A stretch of DNA of 64,000 nt from Methanobacterium sp. (GCF_038562635.1 NZ_JBCFBO010000001.1:1736192-1800191); one strand, 5' to 3'; positions 50,384-63,005 are shown, counted from the first letter of the stretch. Numbers and translations are program-made. The notes: generated from the sequence alone by a model not told the origin.

Positions 50384-50623
50384 TCATGCTTTTTCTTTTA
50401 TCCATTTCTTGATTTCATCTACTGATGGAAGTCTTCCCATTGATTTTATTTCACCTTCAACTGCGAATCCAGGCATGGACATTAAGCCTGCTTCTAATAT
50501 TTTATCCATATCTTGAATTTTAACGATTTCTATATCCATATCTAATTCTTTTACTGCTTTTTTTACAGCCTTTTCCAGTGCTTTACAATTAGCGCATCCA
50601 GTACCGTATACTTGAACTTTCAT
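50384..50623 (-). CDS. Thioredoxin-fold small protein (Thioredoxin_3 / redox-active disulfide protein 2-like)
   Basis: 79 aa: MKVQVYGTGCANCKALEKAVKKAVKELDMDIEIVKIQDMDKILEAGLMSMPGFAVEGEI, containing a CxxC motif. Confidence 0.8.
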   Translation of the reverse strand: MKVQVYGTGCANCKALEKAVKKAVKELDMDIEIVKIQDMDKILEAGLMSMPGFAVEGEIKSMGRLPSVDEIKKWIKEKA

Positions 50624-50666
50624 TTTTTATCACCTTTCTCGGTTTAAATTTTGTCATAAAATGATT

Positions 50667-51647
50667 TTAACCTATTATGAAATTAAACAGGTATCCTATC
50701 AAAATAATAGATACTGCCAGTATTCCAACAAACACTGCCAGAAGCTTTGGTTTCAACACTTTCCTTAAAATTATCATTTCAGGAAAAGAAAGTGCCGTAA
50801 CAGACATCATAAATGCCAGTGCAGTACCTACAGGAATACCTTTTTCAATAAACACTGCTACTAACGGTATAATACCTGCAGCATTAGAATATAAAGGAAC
50901 TCCAATAAGAACAGCTACAGGAACTGCTAAAGGATTACCTGGACCAGCATACTTGACTAATAGTTCAGCAGGAGCGTATCCATGTATTAGCGCACCTATA
51001 CCTATTGCTATAATTACATATGGAGTGACTCTCTTTAAAATGTCGACCATATAGTCCCAACCATATTGAGCACGTTCTTTTAGTGTCATTTTTTCTAATC
51101 CAGTTACATTACTACCCGTAGCTTCCATTTTTTTCAGCATTTCATAAACATAGCTTTCAACTTCGCCTTCCAGTTTAAGCCTTCCTATAATTATACCTGC
51201 AGCTATAGCTATTATGAGCCCTGAAAGAATATATAAACCAGTTATTTCCCACCCTACCATTCCTAAAAGCAGAATAACTGCTATTTCATTTACCATTGGT
51301 GATGAAATCAAAAAAGAAAATGTTACACCCAGAGGTATGCCCGCCTCTACAAAACCTATGAATAAAGGCACCGCTGAACATGAACAAAATGGAGTAATAG
51401 TACCTAGGAGAGCTGCCAGTATGTTGCCTAAATACTCGTTCTTCCCGCTGACAATCTGTCTTATCTTAACAGGCGAAATATAACTCCGGAAAAATGATAT
51501 TACAAATATTAAAACAGCGAGTAAGATCAATATCTTAATAGTATCATATATAAAGAAATTGACTGCGCTCCCCAATGAAGAAGTCTGATTTAAGCCCAAT
51601 AATGTGTATGTAAGGTAATTAACCATTTCCTGTAATATATCTGCCAA
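50667..51647 (-). CDS. Permease of the ArsP/DUF318 (COG0701) family
   Basis: 326 aa, polytopic, with the TPFCSCSAVPLF motif typical of this family. Confidence 0.75.
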   Translation of the reverse strand: MADILQEMVNYLTYTLLGLNQTSSLGSAVNFFIYDTIKILILLAVLIFVISFFRSYISPVKIRQIVSGKNEYLGNILAALLGTITPFCSCSAVPLFIGFVEAGIPLGVTFSFLISSPMVNEIAVILLLGMVGWEITGLYILSGLIIAIAAGIIIGRLKLEGEVESYVYEMLKKMEATGSNVTGLEKMTLKERAQYGWDYMVDILKRVTPYVIIAIGIGALIHGYAPAELLVKYAGPGNPLAVPVAVLIGVPLYSNAAGIIPLVAVFIEKGIPVGTALAFMMSVTALSFPEMIILRKVLKPKLLAVFVGILAVSIILIGYLFNFIIG

Positions 51648-51676
51648 ATTATCGCCAACTTTTTTTTAAAGTTTCA

Positions 51677-52444
51677 TTATTTAACTGCCTTAATTTGAAC
51701 ACTGGTGATTTTTCCTACCAGCCGTTCGTCCATGTTTGGCTCTGTGAAATAGTGCTGTTCCACAGTTTGGATATCTTTAAATCCTGCTTCTTTTATTGTA
51801 TCCAAATAAGCTCCTTTCTCCATAGCTCCTGCAATGCAGTTAGACCATGCGTCAAAACTGCGTTTAATCTCTCCAGGAATATTTCCCTCTGTCACCAGAT
51901 CTGATACTAAAATATGCCCTCCCGGCCTTAAAACCCTAAAAGCTTCTTTATAAGCTACCAATTTATCAGGCGTAAGGTTAATTACGCAATTACTTATAAT
52001 AACATCTATAGAATCATCATTAACGGGTAAATTTTCTATTTCTCCCAGTTTAAATTCAACATTTTCATATTTACCTTCTTCAGCATTTTTAACGGCAGTT
52101 TCTACCATTTCTTCAGTCATATCTACTCCAATGACTTTACCCGATTCGCCAACCTTGTTTGCTGCAAGAAAAACATCTATTCCCCCGCCAGATCCAAGAT
52201 CCAATACTGTTTCTCCTTCTTTAAGATCTGCAAGTGCAGTAGGATTGCCGCATCCGAGCCCAAAAACAGCTTCTTCAGGTATACTTTTAATATCTTCCAT
52301 GGTATACCCTGCAGCTTTAGCCTGTTCAATTGTTAAATCAACTCCAGAGCAGCAAGAACAATAAGATTCTTCTTTTGTCGCTATTTTTGAGTATCTACCC
52401 TTTACAAACTCCTTAATTTCTTTTTCGTCCATTATATGCACCAT
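51677..52444 (-). CDS. arsM: Arsenite S-adenosylmethionine methyltransferase-like
   Basis: 255 aa with N-terminal CSCCS, GLGCGNP, the SAM motif VLDLGSGGGIDV, and NCVINL. An alternative start lies at 52432. Confidence 0.75.
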   Translation of the reverse strand: MVHIMDEKEIKEFVKGRYSKIATKEESYCSCCSGVDLTIEQAKAAGYTMEDIKSIPEEAVFGLGCGNPTALADLKEGETVLDLGSGGGIDVFLAANKVGESGKVIGVDMTEEMVETAVKNAEEGKYENVEFKLGEIENLPVNDDSIDVIISNCVINLTPDKLVAYKEAFRVLRPGGHILVSDLVTEGNIPGEIKRSFDAWSNCIAGAMEKGAYLDTIKEAGFKDIQTVEQHYFTEPNMDERLVGKITSVQIKAVK

Positions 52445-52595
52445 TTCAAATAAGTTTAATTCTATATATCCAAATATATGGATATATTAAATATAAAATT
52501 ATTGATTTTTCATATAAAAAACAACAAAAATTCAAGCTTATATACTTTGAACTTACAAAATTCATAGTGTCTAATTCCGAAAGGTGAAAAAATAA

Positions 52596-53957
52596 ATGAA
52601 AATAGCAATAGTAGGTGCTGGAGCCGGTGGGCTTTCAACAGCCTCTAACATAAGAAAATACAATAAAGATGCGGAAATAACTGTAATTACCATGGGGAAA
52701 CATATTGCTTATTCCCCTTGTGCTATCCCCTATGTTTTAGGTGGGGAAGTAGAGAATTTTAAGGATATCATTATGCATGAAGCAGAAGATTACCTTGAAA
52801 AGAACATAAAGATCATAACTCAAGCAGAAGTTTTTGACATATCAAGCAGCGAAAATAAAATAAAATACCGTCTTATAAACGAAAAAACAGAAGAATATGA
52901 ATTATCCTATGACTATCTCATTATAGCAACCGGGGCAAGTTCATTCATCCCTCCAATTGAAGGTACTAACCTAAATGGTGTTTTCAAGCTTAGGACCCTT
53001 GAAGACGGTCTTAAAATCAATGAATGGGCTGAAAAAAGCCAAAATGCAGTGATTATAGGGGCGAGTTTAATAGGTGTAGAAGTATCATATGCACTCCGGC
53101 AAAAGGGCCTTAATGTTACAATGACTGAGATGCTACCTCAAATCATTCCAAGGTCACTGGATCCAGATATGGCAACAATAGTTCAGGATTACCTGGAAAA
53201 ACACGGCATAAACGTGATTTTAGGGCAGGGAATTGACAAAATCATAGGCGATGAACATGTAGAAGGGGCTGTCTTTGAAGACAATGTTATAGACGCTGAT
53301 CTGGTCATAATGGCTACTGGAGTCCGGCCTAAAACAAAATTAGCCGAAATGGCAGGGTGTGAACTTGGAAAATGGGCAATAGTGGTCAATGAAAAGATGC
53401 AGACATCCATACCAAACATATATGCAGTTGGAGATTGTGTAGAAGTATTCGACGCGATAACTGGAGAGAGCACTCAATCCATGTTAGGAACAACTGCTGT
53501 AAGACAGGGAAAAATCGCAGCCAAAAATATCGCAGGAATAACTGCTGAATTTAAACCAGTCCTAAATTCCAATGTCTCCAAAGTTGGAGAACTTGAATTT
53601 GGTGCTGTAGGCCTAACAGTTGCATCAGCACGGCAAAACGGAATAGATGCGACATATGGTAAAATTAGAGCTCTTACCAAAGCCCGTTATTATCCTGGGG
53701 CAAAAAGAATTGATGTTAAAATTATAAATAATCTTAAAGGACGGATTATTGGATGTCAGCTGATTGGGGAAGAAAGAGTTGCAGAAAGAGTAGATATAAT
53801 GTCACTCGCTATAATAAAGGGCGTTACCTGCTCTGAACTTGCAACTACAGAATTTTCCTATGCCCCTCCAGTTTCAATGGTTACAGATCCAATTATTCTG
53901 GCTGCAGAAGATGCTTGCAGTAAATTAAAATCAGTTAATAAGGAAGAACAAGATTAG
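52596..53957 (+). CDS. Pyridine nucleotide-disulfide oxidoreductase, NADH oxidase / CoA-disulfide reductase family
   Basis: 453 aa with MKIAIVGAGAGG, a single redox Cys in IAYSPCAIPY, and a second Rossmann motif VIIGASLIGVE. Confidence 0.8.
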   Translation: MKIAIVGAGAGGLSTASNIRKYNKDAEITVITMGKHIAYSPCAIPYVLGGEVENFKDIIMHEAEDYLEKNIKIITQAEVFDISSSENKIKYRLINEKTEEYELSYDYLIIATGASSFIPPIEGTNLNGVFKLRTLEDGLKINEWAEKSQNAVIIGASLIGVEVSYALRQKGLNVTMTEMLPQIIPRSLDPDMATIVQDYLEKHGINVILGQGIDKIIGDEHVEGAVFEDNVIDADLVIMATGVRPKTKLAEMAGCELGKWAIVVNEKMQTSIPNIYAVGDCVEVFDAITGESTQSMLGTTAVRQGKIAAKNIAGITAEFKPVLNSNVSKVGELEFGAVGLTVASARQNGIDATYGKIRALTKARYYPGAKRIDVKIINNLKGRIIGCQLIGEERVAERVDIMSLAIIKGVTCSELATTEFSYAPPVSMVTDPIILAAEDACSKLKSVNKEEQD

Positions 53958-54038
53958 TTCTCCTAAAACTTTTTTATTTAAATTTTTAACGCTAAAAAAA
54001 TTATAATTAACTTAATTATCCAATTAAGCTATCTAAAC

Positions 54039-55529
<1,491 letters not shown>

Positions 55530-55654
55530 TATAATACCTCCAGCATCCAATTGGACTTTAAAAATTAAAATTAAATAATTATGATAAATTGTATCCCTTT
55601 TGAAGCGTGTTAAATCCCCTTTTACGTTTCACCTCTTAGGTAGTACAACCTATT

Positions 55655-56281
55655 TCAATAACGTATTTTATTATTGCCAAATCCATATTTTAAAAAATCT
55701 ACAAGACTACTTGAATTTTCAAGCACTTTTTCCATTTTATAGTCTTCTTCTTCATCAAACATTTCGTTAAAATGGAATACCATATAGTTCAATATTTTTA
55801 GGATGAAATCCTCAGAAAATCTATTATTAAAATCTCCATCTTTAATAGCTTTTTTGATTCTTTCCTCAAGCCATGCTTCCTTATTTCTCTCAAGGATATT
55901 TTTCGCATATTCGTAAATTTCACTTTCCCTTTCCTTCCGGAACATTATACCCAGTTTAAAATACTTGGGAAATGCAACTGCAAACTCATAAGCTATCTGG
56001 ACCTGCACTTTAAATCTTTCAAAGATATCTTTTCCTTTAAGATCATCAATACATCCTTTCATACGGTCATTTATGAATTTGCACTCAGCTTTATGGGCAG
56101 ATTGAAGTAAAAACACGTAAAAAGCCTGTTTATCTTGAAAGTGATAGTAAAAGGTACCTTTGCTGATACCTGCATTTTTAAGGATAATATTTAAGGAAGC
56201 ATTTTCGTAATTTTTCGCTGTAAATTCATCTAAAGCCGCCTCAATAAGTTCATTTTTTCTTTTAAATGACTTTTGTTCCAT
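55655..56281 (-). CDS. TetR/AcrR family transcriptional regulator
   Basis: 208 aa with the HTH region ELIEAALDEFTAKNYENASLNIILKNAGISKGTFYYHF. Confidence 0.85.
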   Translation of the reverse strand: MEQKSFKRKNELIEAALDEFTAKNYENASLNIILKNAGISKGTFYYHFQDKQAFYVFLLQSAHKAECKFINDRMKGCIDDLKGKDIFERFKVQVQIAYEFAVAFPKYFKLGIMFRKERESEIYEYAKNILERNKEAWLEERIKKAIKDGDFNNRFSEDFILKILNYMVFHFNEMFDEEEDYKMEKVLENSSSLVDFLKYGFGNNKIRY

Positions 56282-56508
56282 TTAATTTATCCTCCATCAG
56301 ATGGCCTATAAATGAAAGCAGTATATCCTTTTAATCTTCAATACATACACTCTCAATATATACTGGTTTTAAGTGTATTGCAAATATAATATATAAACCT
56401 GATGGTCTAGACTATGCAGTCTACAGAATTAAAATTGTTTAAAATAAAAATAGTTTAATTTTGAGGAATTTTCTTAAATTTTATAAAAATTTAAATACTT
56501 TCCTTTTC

Positions 56509-57117
56509 TTAAACTTTTGAAACCTTTTTCAAATGTATCTTATGACCATATCCTTTTTGTTCTTTACTGATTCTATACCTGTAACCTGTAGCCTCTTCAA
56601 GTGCCATTGCTGAAGTATTGGTATAAGGACATGTTGTTATTAAGACTCCTTGTTTTTCAAGCTGCTTACACAATCCAAAGAAACGGCAATTTTTTATTTC
56701 AAGTTCGGCTTCTCCATCCCTAACCTCATATTCCATATCTCTTGCAAATTTATGTTTAATGAAATATTCTTTTACAGATTGAAAAGCAGATTCTCCATTT
56801 GTAAACTCAACACCGTCTTTTTTCAATTCATTGGTAAACGTACGGCCTATTTCTCTAGTTACAGAGTAAGATCCCCTCCCAGATATTGTCCAGAGGCCGT
56901 GTGTTAAAGCCAGTATCATAAGAGCCATTGGACCTTCCCCTTCGGATCCTATCTTTTCATCTTCAAGGGGGAAAAACTGATCCTTTTCTATACCGCATAT
57001 TGGGCAAACCCAGTCTGCAGGAAGATCTTTTAAATCGGTACCTGCTTCAATTCCATTTTCAGGGTCTCCACTACTTGAATCGTAAATATAACTGCATATA
57101 TCACACTTGTATCTCAT
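56509..57117 (-). CDS. Rubredoxin domain fused to a Cys-containing C-terminal domain of about 140 aa (possibly V4R-like)
   Basis: MRYKCDICSYIYD...DWVCPICG is a rubredoxin. The C-terminal ...LEIKNCRFFGLCKQLEKQGVLITTCPY... only loosely resembles V4R. The track start at 57129 is an alternative. Confidence 0.6.
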   Translation of the reverse strand: MRYKCDICSYIYDSSSGDPENGIEAGTDLKDLPADWVCPICGIEKDQFFPLEDEKIGSEGEGPMALMILALTHGLWTISGRGSYSVTREIGRTFTNELKKDGVEFTNGESAFQSVKEYFIKHKFARDMEYEVRDGEAELEIKNCRFFGLCKQLEKQGVLITTCPYTNTSAMALEEATGYRYRISKEQKGYGHKIHLKKVSKV

Positions 57118-57452
57118 TTTATCATCCAATTAACTTTTTTTACCATGATTAAGATTTTTAAGCTTTAGAAAATTTTTATATATCGTTTGGCTTTACCCGA
57201 ACTATTTATATATTATACACAAATAATGCATATAAATGTTGCTATCTAACTTAAAACCGTAATTAAAAGCAGCTAAAGAGTAATACAGAGAAGATAATCT
57301 AAAAATCCATAAAAACATAAATTATAGCCTCAAATCAAATAATAATCTACTAATTACAGAATATGCTTAATAAAACATTCCCAACAATAAAAAAAAAGTA
57401 GACCCTTGAAAATTGTATATTTTCAAGGGCGTGAAATGAGAACTTTACTCAT

Positions 57453-58820
57453 CTATCCTAAAATTGCTTTAATATCTTCTTTTGGGTCTCCAATTGGTTT
57501 TATATCGTAATTTTCGACCAGTACATTTAGAATATCTTCATTTACCCATGCAGGTATAATTGGACCAAGGTAAATACCTTTAATTCCAAGTGCAAGCAAG
57601 CTCCAAAGGATTGCAACGGCTTTCTGCTCCATCCAGCTTAAAACAAATGTGAGTGGAAGCTCGTTTATCTCCAGGCCAAATAATTCTGAAAGTGCAGCTA
57701 CAATGTCAATTCCAACTATTGCATCGTTACATTGACCAAGGTCTATTAATCTTGGAACTCCCTCAATATCACCAAGCTGAAGGTCATTGTACCTGTATTT
57801 ACCGCATGCAAGTGTCAATACAACTGTATCTTCAGGTAAATTTTTGACAAATTCTCTATAATAGCTTGTTTTTGGCATTGGGGAATCACATCCTCCAACT
57901 ACAAAGAATCTCCTTATTTTTCCCGCTTCTACTAATTCTTTAATTTTTGGGGCAAGTGAAAGGACTGTGGAAGCTCCAAATCCTGTTGTAAATACTTTTT
58001 CTCCAGGTTCATCTGGAAGTTCTGGTAAAGATTTTGCTTTTTCAATTACTGGGGTAAAGTCGTAATCGTCTATATGCGGGACTCCAGGTAACTGTGCAAC
58101 TCCTGATGTGAACATTCTTTCTTTATATTCATCTGTTGGTATTAATACACAGTTCGATGTTCCAAGTATTGCGACAGGGTACTTTGAAAATGTTTTCCTC
58201 TGATCGAACCATGGTCCCCCAAGTTGCCCGACAAGATGGTCGAATTTTTTAAATTCAGGATATCCATGTGCAGGAAGAAGCTCTGAGTGTGTGTAAACGT
58301 TAATTCCTGTCCCTTCTGTTTGTTTAAGCAGTTCATATAATGCTTTAAGGCTGTGACCCGTAGCAACGATACCATGACCTTTTACAGTTCCAGTTTTTAC
58401 TTCTGTTGGTTCAGGTTCGCCGTATTTTTCTATAAGAGCTTTCTTTAAAAGCTGCATTGTTTTTATGTTCATTTCCCCTGATTCAAGAGCAAGTTTTACA
58501 AATTCTCCTGTATCCTGGTTAACATTTGTTAGTGTAGAGTAAAATCCTCTTTCTAAAAATCCATCTACTTCTGGATCGGTATATCCCAATTCTCTTGCGT
58601 GGTAAAGATATGCAGATATACCTTTAATTGAAAACAATAGATTGTCTTGAAGTCTTGCAACTGTTGCTCCCTTTCCACAAACACCTTTTACTGTACAACC
58701 AGTTCCTCTAGCAGTTTGAGAGCACTGATAACAAAGCATATCTAAGTCTTCTTTTACAGGTGGACAACTTCCGCCTCCTGATGATTCAGAACTTTTCCTA
58801 CCAAATAGTTCAAATTTCAT
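57453..58820 (-). CDS. hcp: Hybrid cluster protein / hydroxylamine reductase (short class)
   Basis: [21 protein letters not shown] is the N-terminal cluster motif. I prefer the ATG at 58820 (GGAGG 6 nt upstream). This start leaves a Gly/Ser-rich N-terminal extension of about 27 aa ahead of the core. Confidence 0.85.
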   Translation of the reverse strand: MKFELFGRKSSESSGGGSCPPVKEDLDMLCYQCSQTARGTGCTVKGVCGKGATVARLQDNLLFSIKGISAYLYHARELGYTDPEVDGFLERGFYSTLTNVNQDTGEFVKLALESGEMNIKTMQLLKKALIEKYGEPEPTEVKTGTVKGHGIVATGHSLKALYELLKQTEGTGINVYTHSELLPAHGYPEFKKFDHLVGQLGGPWFDQRKTFSKYPVAILGTSNCVLIPTDEYKERMFTSGVAQLPGVPHIDDYDFTPVIEKAKSLPELPDEPGEKVFTTGFGASTVLSLAPKIKELVEAGKIRRFFVVGGCDSPMPKTSYYREFVKNLPEDTVVLTLACGKYRYNDLQLGDIEGVPRLIDLGQCNDAIVGIDIVAALSELFGLEINELPLTFVLSWMEQKAVAILWSLLALGIKGIYLGPIIPAWVNEDILNVLVENYDIKPIGDPKEDIKAILG

Positions 58821-59071
58821 GTTTTTCCTCCATCTTACTGTGTTCGTCTGCATACGAATGTTTCATTATCTACGAACAATAGCATATATAATTTTCGGTT
58901 TTGTTTCATAGTGCACGAACAAAGTATATAAAGAACACCAACATACTTTGTAAACAAGAAAAGTTATCTTATTCAAAAAAATATGATTATCAAAAAAGTT
59001 AATATTTAAACATATCATTTTATCTAGGACTAAAGTAGAACTAGATATAAACCTTAAAGAGAGGCTATCTT

Positions 59072-59842
59072 ATGAAAGACACGAATCAAAAAAAATCCCA
59101 CGATACCCAAATCGGATTATTTGCAACATCAAAGGGTATACGAGCCATAGATAGTCCCGTAAAGTCTAAAATATTATCAATGCTTAGAAAAGGAGAATTA
59201 AGCTTTGATCAGATAGTAGCTTCATCTGGAAAGGCCAAATCAACTGTATCAGTACACCTCAAAAAACTGGTAGATGAGGGAATAATCGATTCAAAGCCTG
59301 ACCCTCAAGATGCACGTAAAAAGATATTTTTTATAAAATCAGAATATATCGGCGAATTGGCACGAAATAAAAAACAGGAAGACGATTTAGAGAGTTACGT
59401 CTCCAGCTATGTTTTAAGCGACGGAGACCCGTTCGAATTTTTCAGATTAATGTTTAAGACCATACGTGTAGGCCTAATAAACCAGGGTATTAATATTGAC
59501 CCCATACTTCACGATGCAGGGATCAAAGTAGGAAAAGCACTATATGAAAGAGTAGCTGACCCCGAAATGAGCAAATTCCTCGGAAATATCGCCCAGTTCT
59601 GGGAAACCCACTATCTAGGTAATGTTGAAGTTAAAAATCTTGAACCTTTAATAATTAACGTCAGCGAATGCTATGAATGCAGGCATTTGCCTTACCTTGG
59701 AAGACCTGCATGTGCATTTGATGCAGGAATATTAGAAGCTCTTTTTTCATCTTATTACAATGATAAACGAGCCGTTACTGAAACAAAATGCTATGCTATG
59801 GGCAATAAATACTGCTGCTTTGTTATAGACAAAAATGAATAG
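59072..59842 (+). CDS. Winged-helix (ArsR-like) regulator fused to a V4R domain
   Basis: [45 protein letters not shown] is a wHTH. The C-terminal [27 protein letters not shown]...[16 protein letters not shown] follows the V4R cysteine pattern. Confidence 0.65.
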   Translation: MKDTNQKKSHDTQIGLFATSKGIRAIDSPVKSKILSMLRKGELSFDQIVASSGKAKSTVSVHLKKLVDEGIIDSKPDPQDARKKIFFIKSEYIGELARNKKQEDDLESYVSSYVLSDGDPFEFFRLMFKTIRVGLINQGINIDPILHDAGIKVGKALYERVADPEMSKFLGNIAQFWETHYLGNVEVKNLEPLIINVSECYECRHLPYLGRPACAFDAGILEALFSSYYNDKRAVTETKCYAMGNKYCCFVIDKNE

Positions 59843-59852
59843 TCAATAAAGA

Positions 59853-61463
59853 CTATTTCAAATTTGTGAGCACTTCAGAACCTAATTTTTTAATATCTCC
59901 ACTTTGAGAGTATTGATAAAGACCCGCGTATGCAGGAGCTGAATCTTCACTTTTTGGAGGTATAATAACAGCAAATGTCATGGTACATTCATTTTTATCT
60001 ATCCAGGTACCTGAATTTATATAGACATTCTTTTCCTGTTTTTCATTGAAGGATGTTATGACACGTGCCTCATGAGAATGTCCAAATATAACTATCCTCT
60101 TATCAGAATTAGGGTTATTGAAATACTGGACAGATGATTGATCATCAAGATGACTGGCCAAAGCTCCTTTCAAAACTGCTTCTGATGTAGGTATTTTAAC
60201 AGGGACTAAATTATTAGTTTGCCTTTCCTCCCAACCTTCAATAACTCCCTTATGTAATTTAACATCGATATAACCATTATCTAAATTCTGATATGGTAAC
60301 ACATCGCTTATTGAATAAAAGCCAGTAAATCCATCTATATTTGTGTTTATGACCTTTTCATCGAGCCCTTCTTTTACAGGTAAATCTGTAATAAGGCCTT
60401 TCCAGACATTCCAGTAAAGGAAATAAAGATACTGAACCTCTCCAAGTTCATTTTTATTAACAACAGGTAATGGATCATCTCTTTTAGGGCGCCCCTGAAT
60501 AACTGAACTTGTTGCCATCCTTGTAAAGATATATCCCGGAGGCAGTATGGAATCTGTTTGAGTTATAGATCTGTTTGAAAAATCAGGTGCACAGTAGAAA
60601 TTATATCTATGTCCATGTTCAACAACTATTTCAGGGAAATCTCCAGGAGTATATGCCCCCAAACCTTTAACATCACGGGCTTCAAATATTCCCGGCATGA
60701 TGCTTTGAATATCTTCGGAATTTATCAATAAATCATGATTTCCAGGTACATATGTCACCTTTATTATGCCTTCTTTTATTATACGGTTAAAGGCATCCAT
60801 CACAGGTTTATTGTTTACAGCCACTGCCTTTACAAAGTCCCGCTGTGTTTTTCCATTAAATGTATCCAGATTCATCGGAATAAACCATTCATCGATTAAA
60901 TCACCGGCTATAACCAGTTCTTTGACATTTGGTGAAGTTCTAACTTGATCTAAGAACTTAACCAGGGCCTCCCTGTTTCTGTTAATTTCAGCGTAGCTGT
61001 CGTTTGCACCTAAATGGAGATCACTTATACATAATATCAACGTTCTTTGATTGTTTAAATCCAAAATGCCCTTTGAATCCAGATTAAATGAGTAATCTAC
61101 AGCAAAGTAATTTGTAAATTCTTCTTTTAAAGATGTTCCACTTACAGATTTTACTCCGCCCTTTATGTGAAGTTTATACTCTTCCCCTTCAGTAAAGTTT
61201 GTATTGTCAGATTTACTGATATAAAGAACAGATGATGAATTTTCATCAGAACCTACTATAATATCTTCTTCTATCTCTTTCCCATTAGATTTAACTTTAT
61301 AAAGTTTTATTCCATCTGAAACTGTATCCATATCTAAATTCTCGCTGAATACTATATTTAATTTCCATGTAGGGCCAATGATAGATGGATCTTCTATTTT
61401 ATCTGATAAAGGAATCTCTGTTTCTACATTTAGCAGTAGTTTAACTATTTCTTTAGAATTCAA
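59853..61463 (-). CDS. Calcineurin-like metallophosphoesterase with an N-terminal Ig-like domain
   Basis: 536 aa with ISDLHLG, AGDLIDEW, VPGNHD, EHGHRYN and FGHSHE. Confidence 0.75.
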   Translation of the reverse strand: MNSKEIVKLLLNVETEIPLSDKIEDPSIIGPTWKLNIVFSENLDMDTVSDGIKLYKVKSNGKEIEEDIIVGSDENSSSVLYISKSDNTNFTEGEEYKLHIKGGVKSVSGTSLKEEFTNYFAVDYSFNLDSKGILDLNNQRTLILCISDLHLGANDSYAEINRNREALVKFLDQVRTSPNVKELVIAGDLIDEWFIPMNLDTFNGKTQRDFVKAVAVNNKPVMDAFNRIIKEGIIKVTYVPGNHDLLINSEDIQSIMPGIFEARDVKGLGAYTPGDFPEIVVEHGHRYNFYCAPDFSNRSITQTDSILPPGYIFTRMATSSVIQGRPKRDDPLPVVNKNELGEVQYLYFLYWNVWKGLITDLPVKEGLDEKVINTNIDGFTGFYSISDVLPYQNLDNGYIDVKLHKGVIEGWEERQTNNLVPVKIPTSEAVLKGALASHLDDQSSVQYFNNPNSDKRIVIFGHSHEARVITSFNEKQEKNVYINSGTWIDKNECTMTFAVIIPPKSEDSAPAYAGLYQYSQSGDIKKLGSEVLTNLK

Positions 61464-61682
61464 AGGACTAACCTCCTAAGTTAAGGTGTAAACCTAAGCA
61501 CACTATTTTATTAATTAAATTAATTTTATAGACAAATATAAATTCTCAAGCTTCCATTTAAACATTTCTTTTTATACATCTCCAAAAAATAAGATTATAA
61601 TTTATTTAATAAAAGGAGCATAAACCGATTAAGAAAAATAACGCTTAATAAAATGATTTACAAATTAAAAGAGTTAATTATA

Positions 61683-62378
61683 TCATTTATAAAGAATTTC
61701 CATGATTTTATCCGTGTTTTTAAAGTTTTCTACAACGTAATCTGCCCCACAATCCACTAATTCTTTAACACTGTACATTCCAGTAGCCACTGCTATAGTT
61801 TTAAGGTTATATGCTTGAGCTGCTTCTACATCACGAGGAGTATCTCCCACGACAAAAATTTTATCCCCCTTAAATCCAAACTGGTTTTTTGCAATGTTTA
61901 AAGCTTTTTTAACCATTAATGAACGGTCAGCGTTGTCGCTTCCAAAACCTCCAAATGAGAAGTAACTATCAAGACCTGCCCTTCCTAGTTTAGCGTGGGC
62001 TATAGGCTCTAAATTTCCTGTTACTAATCCTAAAAGCACATTTTTGCGCTGGAGCTCCTCTAAAAGTTCAACAGTTCCCTCAAATACATGTATATCTTCA
62101 CACTGTACATTTTTCAGGTAGTAATCAGCCATGAAATCCAAACAGTTTTGGAAATCTTTCTGGATTTCTGCTGTAGTTAATCCCCCTAATGTTAATATTT
62201 CCTGTAAAATTAGTTTATCACTTTTACCTGCGGCGTTTACACTGTGTACATAATCTTCCATGCCGTAAAATTTCTTAACACCTTCTATATAAGCTTTATA
62301 ATGACATTCCGCTCCCTGAACTAATGTTCCATCGATATCAAACAGCATTAAAATATTATTTTGAACCATTGTTACCAT
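61683..62378 (-). CDS. HAD superfamily hydrolase (phosphoglycolate phosphatase-like)
   Basis: 231 aa with LFDIDGTL, LVTGN and VVGDTPRDVEAA. Confidence 0.8.
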   Translation of the reverse strand: MVTMVQNNILMLFDIDGTLVQGAECHYKAYIEGVKKFYGMEDYVHSVNAAGKSDKLILQEILTLGGLTTAEIQKDFQNCLDFMADYYLKNVQCEDIHVFEGTVELLEELQRKNVLLGLVTGNLEPIAHAKLGRAGLDSYFSFGGFGSDNADRSLMVKKALNIAKNQFGFKGDKIFVVGDTPRDVEAAQAYNLKTIAVATGMYSVKELVDCGADYVVENFKNTDKIMEILYK

Positions 62379-62647
62379 CTATAATTTTTTAACTTTTGAG
62401 ATGAATTATAATTTTCAACTTAATATAGTCAACCCACCACTTCAGCCATCTTTTTAAATTCAATTATTTAAAGTTCATTTTTGATAATTAACCCTATAAA
62501 TATGATTTAAGAAGATATAGGAATATTAAAAGCAGATCAAAGGAAATTTAATGATGTATATAGTCAAATAAATTTTATTTAACGCTCCTGTCCATTATTA
62601 TGTGCATGGTTTATACTTCATTAACATGTTATATTGAAAAAAAACAA

Positions 62648-62675
62648 AGCTTGCAAAAACTATGTTTTTGCAGCT
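62648..62675. repeat. Solitary A/T-tract mini-hairpin
   Basis: AGCT-t-GCAAAAAC-tat-GTTTTTGC-AGCT, downstream of the small rubredoxin gene. Coordinates are good to +/-1. Confidence 0.7.
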
Positions 62676-62771
62676 ATTTAAAATAGTTAAGAAAATTCCC
62701 CAATATTAAAAAAAACAAGTAATTTTTAGTGAATTATAAAAAAATCAGGTTTTGAAATTTCCGTGGAGCCA

Positions 62772-63005
62772 TTATTTCTTTAATTCTTGAATGAATATAC
62801 TGCTTATTAAAGACATAATTCGGCCATTTTCATGATAATTTAGTTTTTTATTTTCCAGAGGGTAAAAATAATTTTTTTCTATGCCGCATACAGGGCAAAC
62901 CCAATCTGATGGAAGATCCTCTAAATCAGTCCCTGTTTCAATTCCATTTTCAGGATCTCCATTAGCTGGATCGTAAATATAACTGCATACATCACATTTA
63001 TACAT
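62772..63005 (-). CDS. Rubredoxin with a short non-homologous tail (paralog of the N-terminus of 56509-57117)
   Basis: [54 protein letters not shown] followed by a 23-aa tail. Confidence 0.8.
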   Translation of the reverse strand: MYKCDVCSYIYDPANGDPENGIETGTDLEDLPSDWVCPVCGIEKNYFYPLENKKLNYHENGRIMSLISSIFIQELKK

